Positions 40,277 to 48,850 of a DNA stretch of 64,000 nucleotides are shown piece by piece (position 1 is the first letter of the stretch; each line of letters begins with the position of its first letter). The notes beneath the pieces were generated by a model that was not told the DNA's origin, did no database searches, and saw only the letters and a program-made list of their open reading frames with translations. Source of the DNA: an uncultured bacterium (GTDB lineage Bacteria > Chloroflexota > UBA5177 > JANWHV01); NCBI GenBank assembly GCA_963729625.1, contig CAVSOU010000008.1, positions 736,001 to 800,000 of the forward strand, in the 5' to 3' direction. Both the position numbers and the translations under genes were made by a program.

Positions 40277-40453
40277 ATGGCCACCTCCGAACGAGAACTG
40301 CGTCGACCTCGCAGCAATACCTGTGCCGTACGCAGATCGCGCACTGCCGATCGCCCGTGGCACCACCCGGAGTTCGCCGGCGACCTGTTCCTCGGTGCGC
40401 TTGCGCTGTACGTGATCTACTTGCTGGCCAGTATGATGGTCGTGCTGCCATAA
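40277..40453 (+). CDS. small protein (58 aa) with basic N-terminus and C-terminal TM helix
   Basis: AGGAG RBS, MATSERELRR...LFLGALALYVIYLLASMMVVLP. Confidence 0.6.
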   Translation: MATSERELRRPRSNTCAVRRSRTADRPWHHPEFAGDLFLGALALYVIYLLASMMVVLP

Positions 40454-40579
40454 GGCCGCGGGCCCGGCAGCGGCGGCTCACGCACGAAGAACCTGACGCC
40501 GGAGGCCTTGGCCCAATTGCGGTTATTTGCAGCATGACCGGCTGGCACGACCTCCCAGGTTGAGAATAGGCCCCAGGAT

Positions 40580-41602
40580 TCAAGCCCACTCGATGCGAAA
40601 CAAAAGGCATTCCAGCGCCGGCATTTCTGCTTCCAGGCCGGAGCATGACCCGCCTGAACGTATCACGCGAATGCGCTTGCCACCGGCCTCGAGCACTTCG
40701 ACGGACCTCGCCGGCAGCTTCCAGTCGATCTCAGCCGTTCGCGCCAGGCGACATCGGTTGCTCACGCGAACGAGCGCGCACCTGCCATCGTGCTCTTCGA
40801 CGAATGCGTCAAGCACTACGTCACGCGGTCGTACCGAGAGCAGCGGCCCGGCGTGAGGCAGCACTCCTTCGACGCACAGGCCGGCGTGAGATCGCAGATT
40901 CCCGACTCCGGGGCTCCTATTAAGCGGCTCCGGGTTGCCCAGTTCCAGCGGAAGCATGTCGAGCGTGGCCATCCGGCTGCCCTTCACCTTAGGCGCCTTA
41001 GCCCGGGGTCGCAGGAGGAAAGTCCTGTAACTGCAGGCGGGAGTCACAGGCACGGCGACTGCCAGGTGCATGCTTGCAGCCAGATGTACGGTGATACAGG
41101 CGCGGGCACACGCCGCTCTCGTCGCGAGGTCGACGGCAAGGATCGCTGCGTTTTCGAGCTCCCACGGATCGATGGCATCCCCCGCGCCGGCGCTTGCTTC
41201 GAGATGCACTGTCTTGCCGCTTGTCCAGACGCTGAGCTCACTGGCGTCCAGACCCGGCGGCAGGGATGCGAGGACGCGCGCCAGCGCGGCCGGCAGATCC
41301 GCCAGTTCGGCGCCCGGCAGGGTAACCACGCGCGGTGCGCAACCGGGCTCGCCAATCCAGCCGTGCGGGACGGGCGCGCCACAGTCGTCTACGAGCTCGT
41401 ACGACGCTGCTTCGTCGATCAGTCGCGGATAGAGATCGATTCGACCTCCCTGCGCGGCAGGAGCGCAGTTCAGCACGGTAACGGCTAGGGTGCGCGGGTC
41501 TTCGGCGCCCGCTATAGCACTGTTCACCAGCGCGGCGAGTCGTGCCGCGAGCGACTGGCCGCCGCTATCGTGCGGAGTTGGCGCATCGTGCGCGCCCATC
41601 AT
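40580..41602 (-). CDS. hypothetical protein resembling non-catalytic GH38 C-terminal domains
   Basis: LVDDCGAPVP, VPVTPACSYRTF, LLSVRPRDVVLDAFVEEHDG...LVRVSN; ATGA overlap with upstream gene. Confidence 0.5.
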   Translation of the reverse strand: MMGAHDAPTPHDSGGQSLAARLAALVNSAIAGAEDPRTLAVTVLNCAPAAQGGRIDLYPRLIDEAASYELVDDCGAPVPHGWIGEPGCAPRVVTLPGAELADLPAALARVLASLPPGLDASELSVWTSGKTVHLEASAGAGDAIDPWELENAAILAVDLATRAACARACITVHLAASMHLAVAVPVTPACSYRTFLLRPRAKAPKVKGSRMATLDMLPLELGNPEPLNRSPGVGNLRSHAGLCVEGVLPHAGPLLSVRPRDVVLDAFVEEHDGRCALVRVSNRCRLARTAEIDWKLPARSVEVLEAGGKRIRVIRSGGSCSGLEAEMPALECLLFRIEWA

Positions 41603-42465
41603 GCGGTCGTGGCTATGACGGTCGGCATCCCAGGCGGGTCGGCGGGGCATTGGTCGGCCGTGCCGCGCCAGCAGCCCACAAGCTGCAGGATGCCCGCGGT
41701 CATGGTGGGCGGGTCATTGCTGTCGGCGGCGGGCGCATAGACTGGAACGATTTCGGCGACCGTGTGCAAATCGAGTTGGTTCACGTACAGGTCCCGCATC
41801 AGGCGAAACCATTCGGCAGCCCCGTCAATCCAGGTGTCATAGTACCGATAGCCATCACGCGCGGGCTCATTGGGCATCGGGCGCAGGTTTCCGAAGTTGT
41901 GCGTTGCCACGGCCTCTCCCTGCGTTCCCGCACGGCTCTCCATTACGAAGAAGGCGAGCGCCACGCCGTCGTCGATCTTGTACTTGTTGCTGAGTGCAAC
42001 GATATGCTCTCCCTGCCCCTGAAGCGGTGACTGATATGCCGCCAGGATACCATCCAGCCGCTCGGCGCTGATCGAGGGACCACCGTCCACGCGCACCGGT
42101 CCGTTCGGCGGCACATACGGCGTGCCGCGGGTCGCGGCAGGGTGCTTCAGGGCCGGCACCGCATGGTGTGCAACAAGCCACCAGACCAGTACAGCCACGA
42201 AACCGAGCTGGGCGGCAACGCGTGCCGGCCCAAGCAAGGGATTTGTTCGCCGGTACTTGTGGTAGTTGCCCTTGGCGCGCCTCCTGGGCAGCACCACCAC
42301 GGTGAGGACGGTCGCGATGCCGCGGAGGGGAGCGACCAGAGCGTTAAGGCGGGATGTCTTTTTAGCGCGCACGCCCTTCCGCGCCACGCGTGGCGCCCGC
42401 GGCCGCACAGGCTCGCTCCGCGAACCCGGTCGCCGGCTGCGATGGGACCCGGTCTGCCCTGCCAC
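41599..42465 (-). CDS. membrane-anchored glucosaminidase (GH73-like) domain protein
   Basis: Basic N-terminus, TM helix, IDDGVALAFFVMES, HNFGN, IVPVYAP..DSN. Confidence 0.75.
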   Translation of the reverse strand: MAGQTGSHRSRRPGSRSEPVRPRAPRVARKGVRAKKTSRLNALVAPLRGIATVLTVVVLPRRRAKGNYHKYRRTNPLLGPARVAAQLGFVAVLVWWLVAHHAVPALKHPAATRGTPYVPPNGPVRVDGGPSISAERLDGILAAYQSPLQGQGEHIVALSNKYKIDDGVALAFFVMESRAGTQGEAVATHNFGNLRPMPNEPARDGYRYYDTWIDGAAEWFRLMRDLYVNQLDLHTVAEIVPVYAPAADSNDPPTMTAGILQLVGCWRGTADQCPADPPGMPTVIATTA

Positions 42466-42570
42466 GTGCTATGTCACAGCGATCGGACGGGACCTGCGAG
42501 CAGCCTCGCCCGGGCTCGAATCATGCACTGCCGCCGCCGGCAGATCCGCGATCTGGCGCCTCTCCATGCG

Positions 42571-43077
42571 TCATGCTTCGGCATGGACATGCACCTTGAT
42601 ATCCAGAATACGAGCGCCGGTTATGCGGCAAAGATTGGCGGGTGTGATCGGGAAAATGGCATGTGGGGTGCCAGCGGCCGCGAACACGAGGTCGTACTGC
42701 ATGAGGTCGCGATCGAGGACGACAGGGAGGGGCGTGGCGTGCCCGACCGGCGGTACGCCGCCAATGGCGAATCCTGTCGCCTGTCGCACGGCCGCCGCAT
42801 CGGCACGCCTGATATGCGCGCCCACGGCCTGGCCAAGTCGCTCGGTATCGACGCGGTTAGCCCCCGATGTCAGCACCAGCAGCAACGCATCTCCGGCCAC
42901 AAACACCAGCGATTTGACGATGCGCTCGACCGTCGTGCCTATCGCCTGCGCGGCCTCCTCGGCGGTTCGAGTGCTCTGGGAAAACTCCACTATCTCGTCT
43001 GTGATGCCCAGGCTCGCCAGGGCGTCGGCTACGCGCCTGACGGCGGGTCGTGTCGTCGCCTGCTCTTCCACTCCCAC
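42571..43077 (-). CDS. YbaK/EbsC family aminoacyl-tRNA deacylase
   Basis: TRTAEEAA, IVKSLVF, TGFAIGGVPPVGH, AAAGTP. Confidence 0.9.
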   Translation of the reverse strand: MGVEEQATTRPAVRRVADALASLGITDEIVEFSQSTRTAEEAAQAIGTTVERIVKSLVFVAGDALLLVLTSGANRVDTERLGQAVGAHIRRADAAAVRQATGFAIGGVPPVGHATPLPVVLDRDLMQYDLVFAAAGTPHAIFPITPANLCRITGARILDIKVHVHAEA

Positions 43078-43543
43078 GGCTGCCCCTTTCTGGTGCAGGT
43101 GAGCATCGGGCAGCGCCGTGCGAACCACCGTGCTCGCTTTAGCGTAGCAGTCCTCGCGGCCGGCGGTCGAGCCGGGTTGGAGCCGGCGCGCCAGCATGTG
43201 CAGCATGTGGCAGCGACTTGCCTGAACGTCCCAGTAAACCGTGCCGCTTGGCAATGCACCAAGTACTGTCGTACGGTCCCGGGTCCTTCCAGGCCACGCA
43301 GGCTACCGGGTAGAGACTTTCCGCGCTCCAGGCCGACCGCCAGGTGTTGCCAGCAGCGGCGCAGAATCCCACGGCTGCCGGCGCAGCGTGTCTTCCCGCT
43401 TGTGCGGGAGCAGTGCCAGCACGCCTGTCACGCTGCTCAGGTCGCACGACTGGGCCGTGCCAAGGAGTAGGAGTACAATGCAAACACAGCCAGCGTGCAT
43501 CATCGCGAGTGTGTTGCGAGAAGTGTGAGAGGGGGCTGACGCT

Positions 43544-44131
43544 ATGGCTCAACCAGAACCGCTACCAGAACGTGTCACGGTTGAGGAGTGGCGCCAGATC
43601 CTGAAGAAGAGCAACCTCAAATTCGAGTACCACGATGGGTACTTGGTGGCCATGTCTGGCGGCACTGTGGATCACGCCGACATTGGCTTCAATGCGGTAG
43701 CTGCCCTCCGCCGTGCTCTGCGCGGTAGCGGCTGTCACGCCCATGGATCCGATGCGGCAGTCCGCTTTCAAGCGACGGAATACCGCTTCTGCGACGCCGT
43801 GGTCAGTTGCAATCCCCAAGATCGAGGTGCAGCACAAGAAATACAGACGCCGCGCGTGGTAGTGGAAGTCCTCTCGCCCTCGACAGAACGCGAGGATCGA
43901 ACCGCCAGATATACGCTCGCTCGATCGTGCCCCAGTGTGGACGCCTATGTGCTCATCTGGACACGTTACCAGTGTGTGGAAGTCTATGACCGTGCTGAGC
44001 CGTCCTGGACCCAACGCATCTACTGGCCTGAACAGGAAGCTGAACTACCTAGCCTGGGCATTCGCCTCAGCCTATCGGATCTCTACGCGGAAACCAGCGT
44101 GCCTCGAGACCCGCAGGACGCGTCTGGGTGA
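43544..44131 (+). CDS. Uma2 family endonuclease
   Basis: EYHDG..VAMSGG..H, VEVLSPSTE..D. Confidence 0.88.
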   Translation: MAQPEPLPERVTVEEWRQILKKSNLKFEYHDGYLVAMSGGTVDHADIGFNAVAALRRALRGSGCHAHGSDAAVRFQATEYRFCDAVVSCNPQDRGAAQEIQTPRVVVEVLSPSTEREDRTARYTLARSCPSVDAYVLIWTRYQCVEVYDRAEPSWTQRIYWPEQEAELPSLGIRLSLSDLYAETSVPRDPQDASG

Positions 44132-44150
44132 CGTCGCCATCGGGGCGCGA

Positions 44151-45224
44151 TCACGCCAGTCCTGCCGCCTCGGCCACGGCTTCCGGCGTGGCGGGGATGC
44201 GCGTGGGCTGGCCGGCCATGGCGATGGCATAGTCCGGGTCCTTGAGCCCATTTCCGGTGAGAATACATACGGCCGTTGCCTTGCGGTCGAGCTCGCCCGC
44301 GGCTGCCAGCTTGAGCAGGCCGGCCACGCAAGCCGAGGATGCGGGCTCGGCAAAGACACCCTCGCGTGAGGCGAGGAATCGGTACGCTTCCAGGATCTCG
44401 TCCTCGCTCACGGCAGTGAAGCGACCGCCCGACTCGTCGCGCGCTGCAACGGCCGTGGCACGGCTGGCAGGGTTGCCGATCCGGATCGCGGTCGCCGCGG
44501 TTACCGGCTTCTCAACCACGATGCCCCGCACGAGGGCGGCCGAGCCCTCCGCCTGGAAGCCCATCATCTTCGGTAATGTCGGGATGCGCCCAAGGTCGTG
44601 GTAGCGCCGGAAGCCTTTCCAGTAGGCGGTGATGTTGCCGGCGTTGCCCATCGGCAGGCAAAGGTAGTCGGGCGCCCGTCCGAGCGCATCGCATATCTCC
44701 CACGCGCCGGTTTGCTGACCGATGACTCGATGAGGGTTGATGTGGTTGACCAGGGTGGCGGCGCCAGTCTCGGCCAGCGCCCGCACAATGGTCAGTGCAT
44801 CGTCGAAGTTGCCTTCGATGGCCACGACGTTGGCGCCATAGGCAAGAGCCTGCGCCAGTTTGCCAAGCGCGATATAGCCATCCGGTATCACAACCAAAGC
44901 ACGCATGCCTGCGCGGGACGCGTACGCTGCTGCTGAGGCGCTGGTGTTGCCTGTCGACGCGCAGATGACTGCCTTGGCCCCTCCCTCCAAGGCTTTGGCA
45001 ACCGCGAGCACCATGCCGCGATCCTTGAACGAACCGGTAGGGTTGCAGCCTTCCAGCTTGAGAAATACACGATGCATGCCGGTTCGCGCTTCAATTGCAT
45101 GGGCGCGGATCATGGGCGTGTTGCCCTCGCCCAGGCAGATCAACGGAGTCGCGCTTGTCAGCGGCAAGAGCTCCCCATAGGCGCGAAGTAGACCGTTCCG
45201 CTCGGAGTTGCCGCTGATGACCAT
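44151..45224 (-). CDS. thrC: threonine synthase
   Basis: LGEGNTP, NPTGSFKDRGM, CASTGNTSAS, PMGNAGN, EPASS, TGNGLKDP. Confidence 0.95.
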   Translation of the reverse strand: MVISGNSERNGLLRAYGELLPLTSATPLICLGEGNTPMIRAHAIEARTGMHRVFLKLEGCNPTGSFKDRGMVLAVAKALEGGAKAVICASTGNTSASAAAYASRAGMRALVVIPDGYIALGKLAQALAYGANVVAIEGNFDDALTIVRALAETGAATLVNHINPHRVIGQQTGAWEICDALGRAPDYLCLPMGNAGNITAYWKGFRRYHDLGRIPTLPKMMGFQAEGSAALVRGIVVEKPVTAATAIRIGNPASRATAVAARDESGGRFTAVSEDEILEAYRFLASREGVFAEPASSACVAGLLKLAAAGELDRKATAVCILTGNGLKDPDYAIAMAGQPTRIPATPEAVAEAAGLA

Positions 45225-45562
45225 GGGCTGACCTCATCCTTATCCGCTTGACTGCGTCGGCACCGGAAACGACCTGGTTTCTTTCACGCACGATGCTACC
45301 TGGAACGGCGCCATTCTGGCCAGGCTCCGCGAGTGCCCGGACATCGAATGACGCAGGAGCCGCCAGGTAGACGCTCGGCGTCCTTCAACACAACGGCACT
45401 GCGCGGCTGATCACCAGGTCCGCAAACAGCAAGACATTACACTGTGAGTGTGATATACTTTAGCTCTGGAAAACAATCTTGGCGTGACAGCACGCTGGGA
45501 GACGCGGCTTGAAAACGCCGGATGGGCGTTTTGGCTGCAGTTCGCGAAAGGGGCGTCGCGCG

Positions 45563-45997
45563 GTGAAAACGGCTACGGTGGAAGCAAAACAGGTGTCGAA
45601 ATCGCCCAAGAAGAAGGCTCTGCAACGACAGCTCGAGGATGCCAAGCTTATCCACCTGAAAGCGGAACAGAAGACCGGGAAGCTGCGTGAACGGCTCGAA
45701 CGCGCCGAGGCGCGCCTTGCGAAGGCGGCCGAGGCTTTGGTCGCCGTGCAGGCCCTGCTCGAACAGGCACATGCGCCGGCCGCGGCTGATAGGGGCGCGC
45801 GCGCGCAGGCTGCGGTTCCGAAATCGAGGCCTGCCAAGGCTGAGAAGGCGACGCAGGTGGCTACGCACTCCGCGAAGCCGGCCGGCACGGCAAAGGCGCA
45901 CGCGCCCAAAAAGACCGGCGATCCCGCCTCGAACGGCAAAGCTAGCGAAACGGTCGCGGTCGAGCCGGCAGGAACGGATCCCATTTACACAGGTTAA
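45563..45997 (+). CDS. Lys/Ala-rich coiled-coil protein
   Basis: KQVSKSPKKKALQRQLEDAK... coiled coil plus AKPA-rich tail; co-oriented with ppx. Confidence 0.6.
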   Translation: MKTATVEAKQVSKSPKKKALQRQLEDAKLIHLKAEQKTGKLRERLERAEARLAKAAEALVAVQALLEQAHAPAAADRGARAQAAVPKSRPAKAEKATQVATHSAKPAGTAKAHAPKKTGDPASNGKASETVAVEPAGTDPIYTG

Positions 45998-46154
45998 GCA
46001 CGCTGGACAGCCGCGGCGCCGCTTCAAGCACGGTGCGATCGAGTGGACACGTATGCATGACTGCGCGCTTGCGACGCGTAGGGCGGGCACGGTCGCATTG
46101 GGCCGGGCAACGTGAGCGGCTCAAACCGGCAACACTCACACGATTGGACTCACA

Positions 46155-47063
46155 ATGCCCCATCAGGAACACACGCCAATAGCCGCGATTGACGTCGGCT
46201 CGAACACCGTTCACGTGCTCGTGGCACGCGTCGAGAGCGGTAGTATTGCGCCGCTACACGACCAGACCGCACTCGTGCGTCTGGCGATGGATATTCAACC
46301 AGATGGCCGGCTTCTGCCCGACAAGATCGACTGGGCGGCCGACGTCATTGGCGAGTTCCATGCCGTGGCGACACGACTTGGCGCCGATCCGGTTCTTCTG
46401 GTCGCCACCAGCGCGGTACGCGAGGCCCCCAACGGAACCGATCTTGTGTCGTTGGTGCGCCACCGATCGTGCCTCGAGCTTCGCATCATTCCCGGCGAAG
46501 AAGAGGCACAGCTGACCTTTGCCGGCGCAACACTGAACAGGGCCCTCCACGGGCGCGTAGGCGTGATCGACAGCGGAGGTGGCAGCACGGAGCTGATACT
46601 GGCGACAGACGGCGCGATCACGGTGGCGCAGTCCGTGCCGGAGGGCGCGGGGCGCACGGTGGAAGCGTTCCTGCCCGACGATCCTCCCACTGCCGCGCAG
46701 CTCTGGCGACTGCGAGCCCATCTCTTTGACGCGCTGTCCGCGCTTCCGCAGCCTGACGTCGATCACCTCGTTCTGACCGGTGGATCGGCCAACAATCTGC
46801 ACAAGATCGCGCGAGGCCGCGACGGCGGTGACAAGCTGTCCATCGGCGAGGCGCAGGAGGTCATGCGTATGCTGGCCAGGACGCCGTCACCCGACGTGGC
46901 ACGCCGGTATGACATCGATCCGCTGCGGGCGCGCACATTGGCCGGAGGCGTTACGATCGTGGTGACACTCTGGGAGCGGAGCGGAATGGAGCACGCAGTG
47001 GTCAGTACGACCGGAATCCGGGAAGGGCTTATCTTGCGGCAGGCCGCTTCCGGGCAACGCTGA
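46155..47063 (+). CDS. ppx: Ppx/GppA family exopolyphosphatase
   Basis: AAIDVGSNTVH, ATSAVREA.NG, EEA, DSGGGSTE, GIREG. Confidence 0.9.
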   Translation: MPHQEHTPIAAIDVGSNTVHVLVARVESGSIAPLHDQTALVRLAMDIQPDGRLLPDKIDWAADVIGEFHAVATRLGADPVLLVATSAVREAPNGTDLVSLVRHRSCLELRIIPGEEEAQLTFAGATLNRALHGRVGVIDSGGGSTELILATDGAITVAQSVPEGAGRTVEAFLPDDPPTAAQLWRLRAHLFDALSALPQPDVDHLVLTGGSANNLHKIARGRDGGDKLSIGEAQEVMRMLARTPSPDVARRYDIDPLRARTLAGGVTIVVTLWERSGMEHAVVSTTGIREGLILRQAASGQR

Positions 47064-48118
47064 TGGGCAGCGAGGTTCATGGCCTGCAGCCTGAGATGCC
47101 GTTCTGCGCCGCGGCCAGGCCCGCCATTGGCCAGAAACTGGACGAGCTATTCCAGCACGAGGCGGGCACGCGCGCGGGTGACGATGTCGAGGCGTTGCAC
47201 GACATGCGCGTGGCGTCGCGACGGCTACGGGCAGCCATGGATGTGTTCGGCGCTTGCTATCCCGTGAGCCTGTTCAAGCCCCTAGAGAAGCTGGCCAGAT
47301 CCCTGACCAGGGCTCTGGGTGAAGTCCGCGACCGCGACGTGCTGATCGAAGGCCTGGAGCGGCACGCAAAGAAGGCACCCGAGGACGAGAAACCCGGGGT
47401 CGCGGATCTCATCCAGGTGCTTCGCGATGAGCGCGACGGCTATCGCCGCGGGTTGATTCAGACCCTGGACGCGGTCGAGCGCTCCGGCTTCCGCTACAGA
47501 CTTTACGTCCTGCTTATGGGAGAGAGCCACGCGCCCGGCAAGGGAAAGAAGAAAGGCGCGCTGGATCCGCGGACTCTCCTGCAGGAGCATGCACGCATGA
47601 TCGCGGTTGAGCGTGTCGCGGACCTGTACGGCTTCGAGCCGTTCATCAACGATCCGGCCAATGTCACCGAGCTGCATGAAATGCGCATCGCGGCCAAACA
47701 TCTTCGCTACGCGCTGGAGATCTTCCGCGTGTGCTACGGCCCCGATATCGAGGATCGCATCTCCGATATCAAGGATGTTCAAGAGCAGATAGGTGAGATT
47801 CACGACTGCGACGTCCTGGTCGAGGTGCTCAAGCGCCATCTTTCGGTCATTGCGCAACGCATGCAAGAAGAACTGGTGGCGCAGGCGACTGAGCCGATGC
47901 CGCATGAAGAGCGCATGGCGCGCGCTCGCAGGTTGCTCGAGGGTGGCTCAACAGGCGACCCGCGTCCGGGAATCCTGGCGTTGCTCAGCGGGAAGACCGA
48001 CGAGCGCAATCGGCGCTACCGAGATTTCATCTCCTGGTGGAGCGATTGCCAGAGCGGCAACCTGCGGGGAAAACTGTACTCGTGCATCGCGGCGGTCAAC
48101 GGCTTGGCGGAAGCATAG
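47063..48118 (+). CDS. CHAD domain protein
   Basis: LHDMRVASRRLR, LGEVRDRDV, LHEMRIAAKHLRY, GEIHDCDV. Confidence 0.9.
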   Translation: MGSEVHGLQPEMPFCAAARPAIGQKLDELFQHEAGTRAGDDVEALHDMRVASRRLRAAMDVFGACYPVSLFKPLEKLARSLTRALGEVRDRDVLIEGLERHAKKAPEDEKPGVADLIQVLRDERDGYRRGLIQTLDAVERSGFRYRLYVLLMGESHAPGKGKKKGALDPRTLLQEHARMIAVERVADLYGFEPFINDPANVTELHEMRIAAKHLRYALEIFRVCYGPDIEDRISDIKDVQEQIGEIHDCDVLVEVLKRHLSVIAQRMQEELVAQATEPMPHEERMARARRLLEGGSTGDPRPGILALLSGKTDERNRRYRDFISWWSDCQSGNLRGKLYSCIAAVNGLAEA

Positions 48119-48125
48119 CGTCTCT

Positions 48126-48845
48126 ATGCGCATTGCTGCCTTCTCCGATACCCATGGCAACCTGCTGGGTCTGGAAGCGGTGCTGGGCGATATCGCCCAG
48201 CAGGTTGCCTTTGACCAGGTGTTGGTGGCGGGTGATCTTGTCAATGGCGGGCCGCGCCCTGCCGAGACCCTGGCGCGCATCCGGGCTCTCGACTGTCCGG
48301 TCGTCCTCGGCAACACCGACTACTATCTTTTCGCCGACTCCCAGGCGCTGGACGAAGCGGGCCTGAAGCAGTCGGAACGAGCACAAGCTGCCTGGGCCGC
48401 GGAAAAGATCGGACCGGACGGCGTCGCCTATCTCAAGGGTCTGCCGCATCGCTTCCACCTTCCCGGCCCGGATGGCGGCATTCTGATGGTCCACGCCAAT
48501 CTCGACGATCTCGAGCTGCACATCTCTCCCGATGCGGACGAAGCTACGCTGTCGACGCAGCTCGCGGGCGTGGAAGCGGCGGTGCTCGTCTTCGGGCACC
48601 TCCATATCTCCTATCAGCGCCGGGTAGGTAGCCTACTGCTCGTGGATGTGGCGAGCGCCGGGTTTCCACGCGATGGCGACGCGCGCGCGGCCTGGGCTGA
48701 GCTCCGGCACGATGGTCGCGGCTGGGAAGCCGTGCTGCATCGGGTGCCTTATGACATCGAGGCGGTGGTAGCCGATCTGCTCGCCTCGGGCATGCCGCGG
48801 GCGGCGAAACGCGCCAGGGTTCTGCGCGCGGCCAGCTATTCCTGA
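48126..48845 (+). CDS. metallophosphoesterase (YfcE-like)
   Basis: SDTHGN, AGDL, GNTD, VHA, GHLH. Confidence 0.88.
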   Translation: MRIAAFSDTHGNLLGLEAVLGDIAQQVAFDQVLVAGDLVNGGPRPAETLARIRALDCPVVLGNTDYYLFADSQALDEAGLKQSERAQAAWAAEKIGPDGVAYLKGLPHRFHLPGPDGGILMVHANLDDLELHISPDADEATLSTQLAGVEAAVLVFGHLHISYQRRVGSLLLVDVASAGFPRDGDARAAWAELRHDGRGWEAVLHRVPYDIEAVVADLLASGMPRAAKRARVLRAASYS

Positions 48846-48850
48846 GGCGA

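Noticed and set aside
42142-43470. 442-aa plus-strand ORF
   Set aside because: Antisense to the YbaK and glucosaminidase genes, Arg-rich shadow composition.
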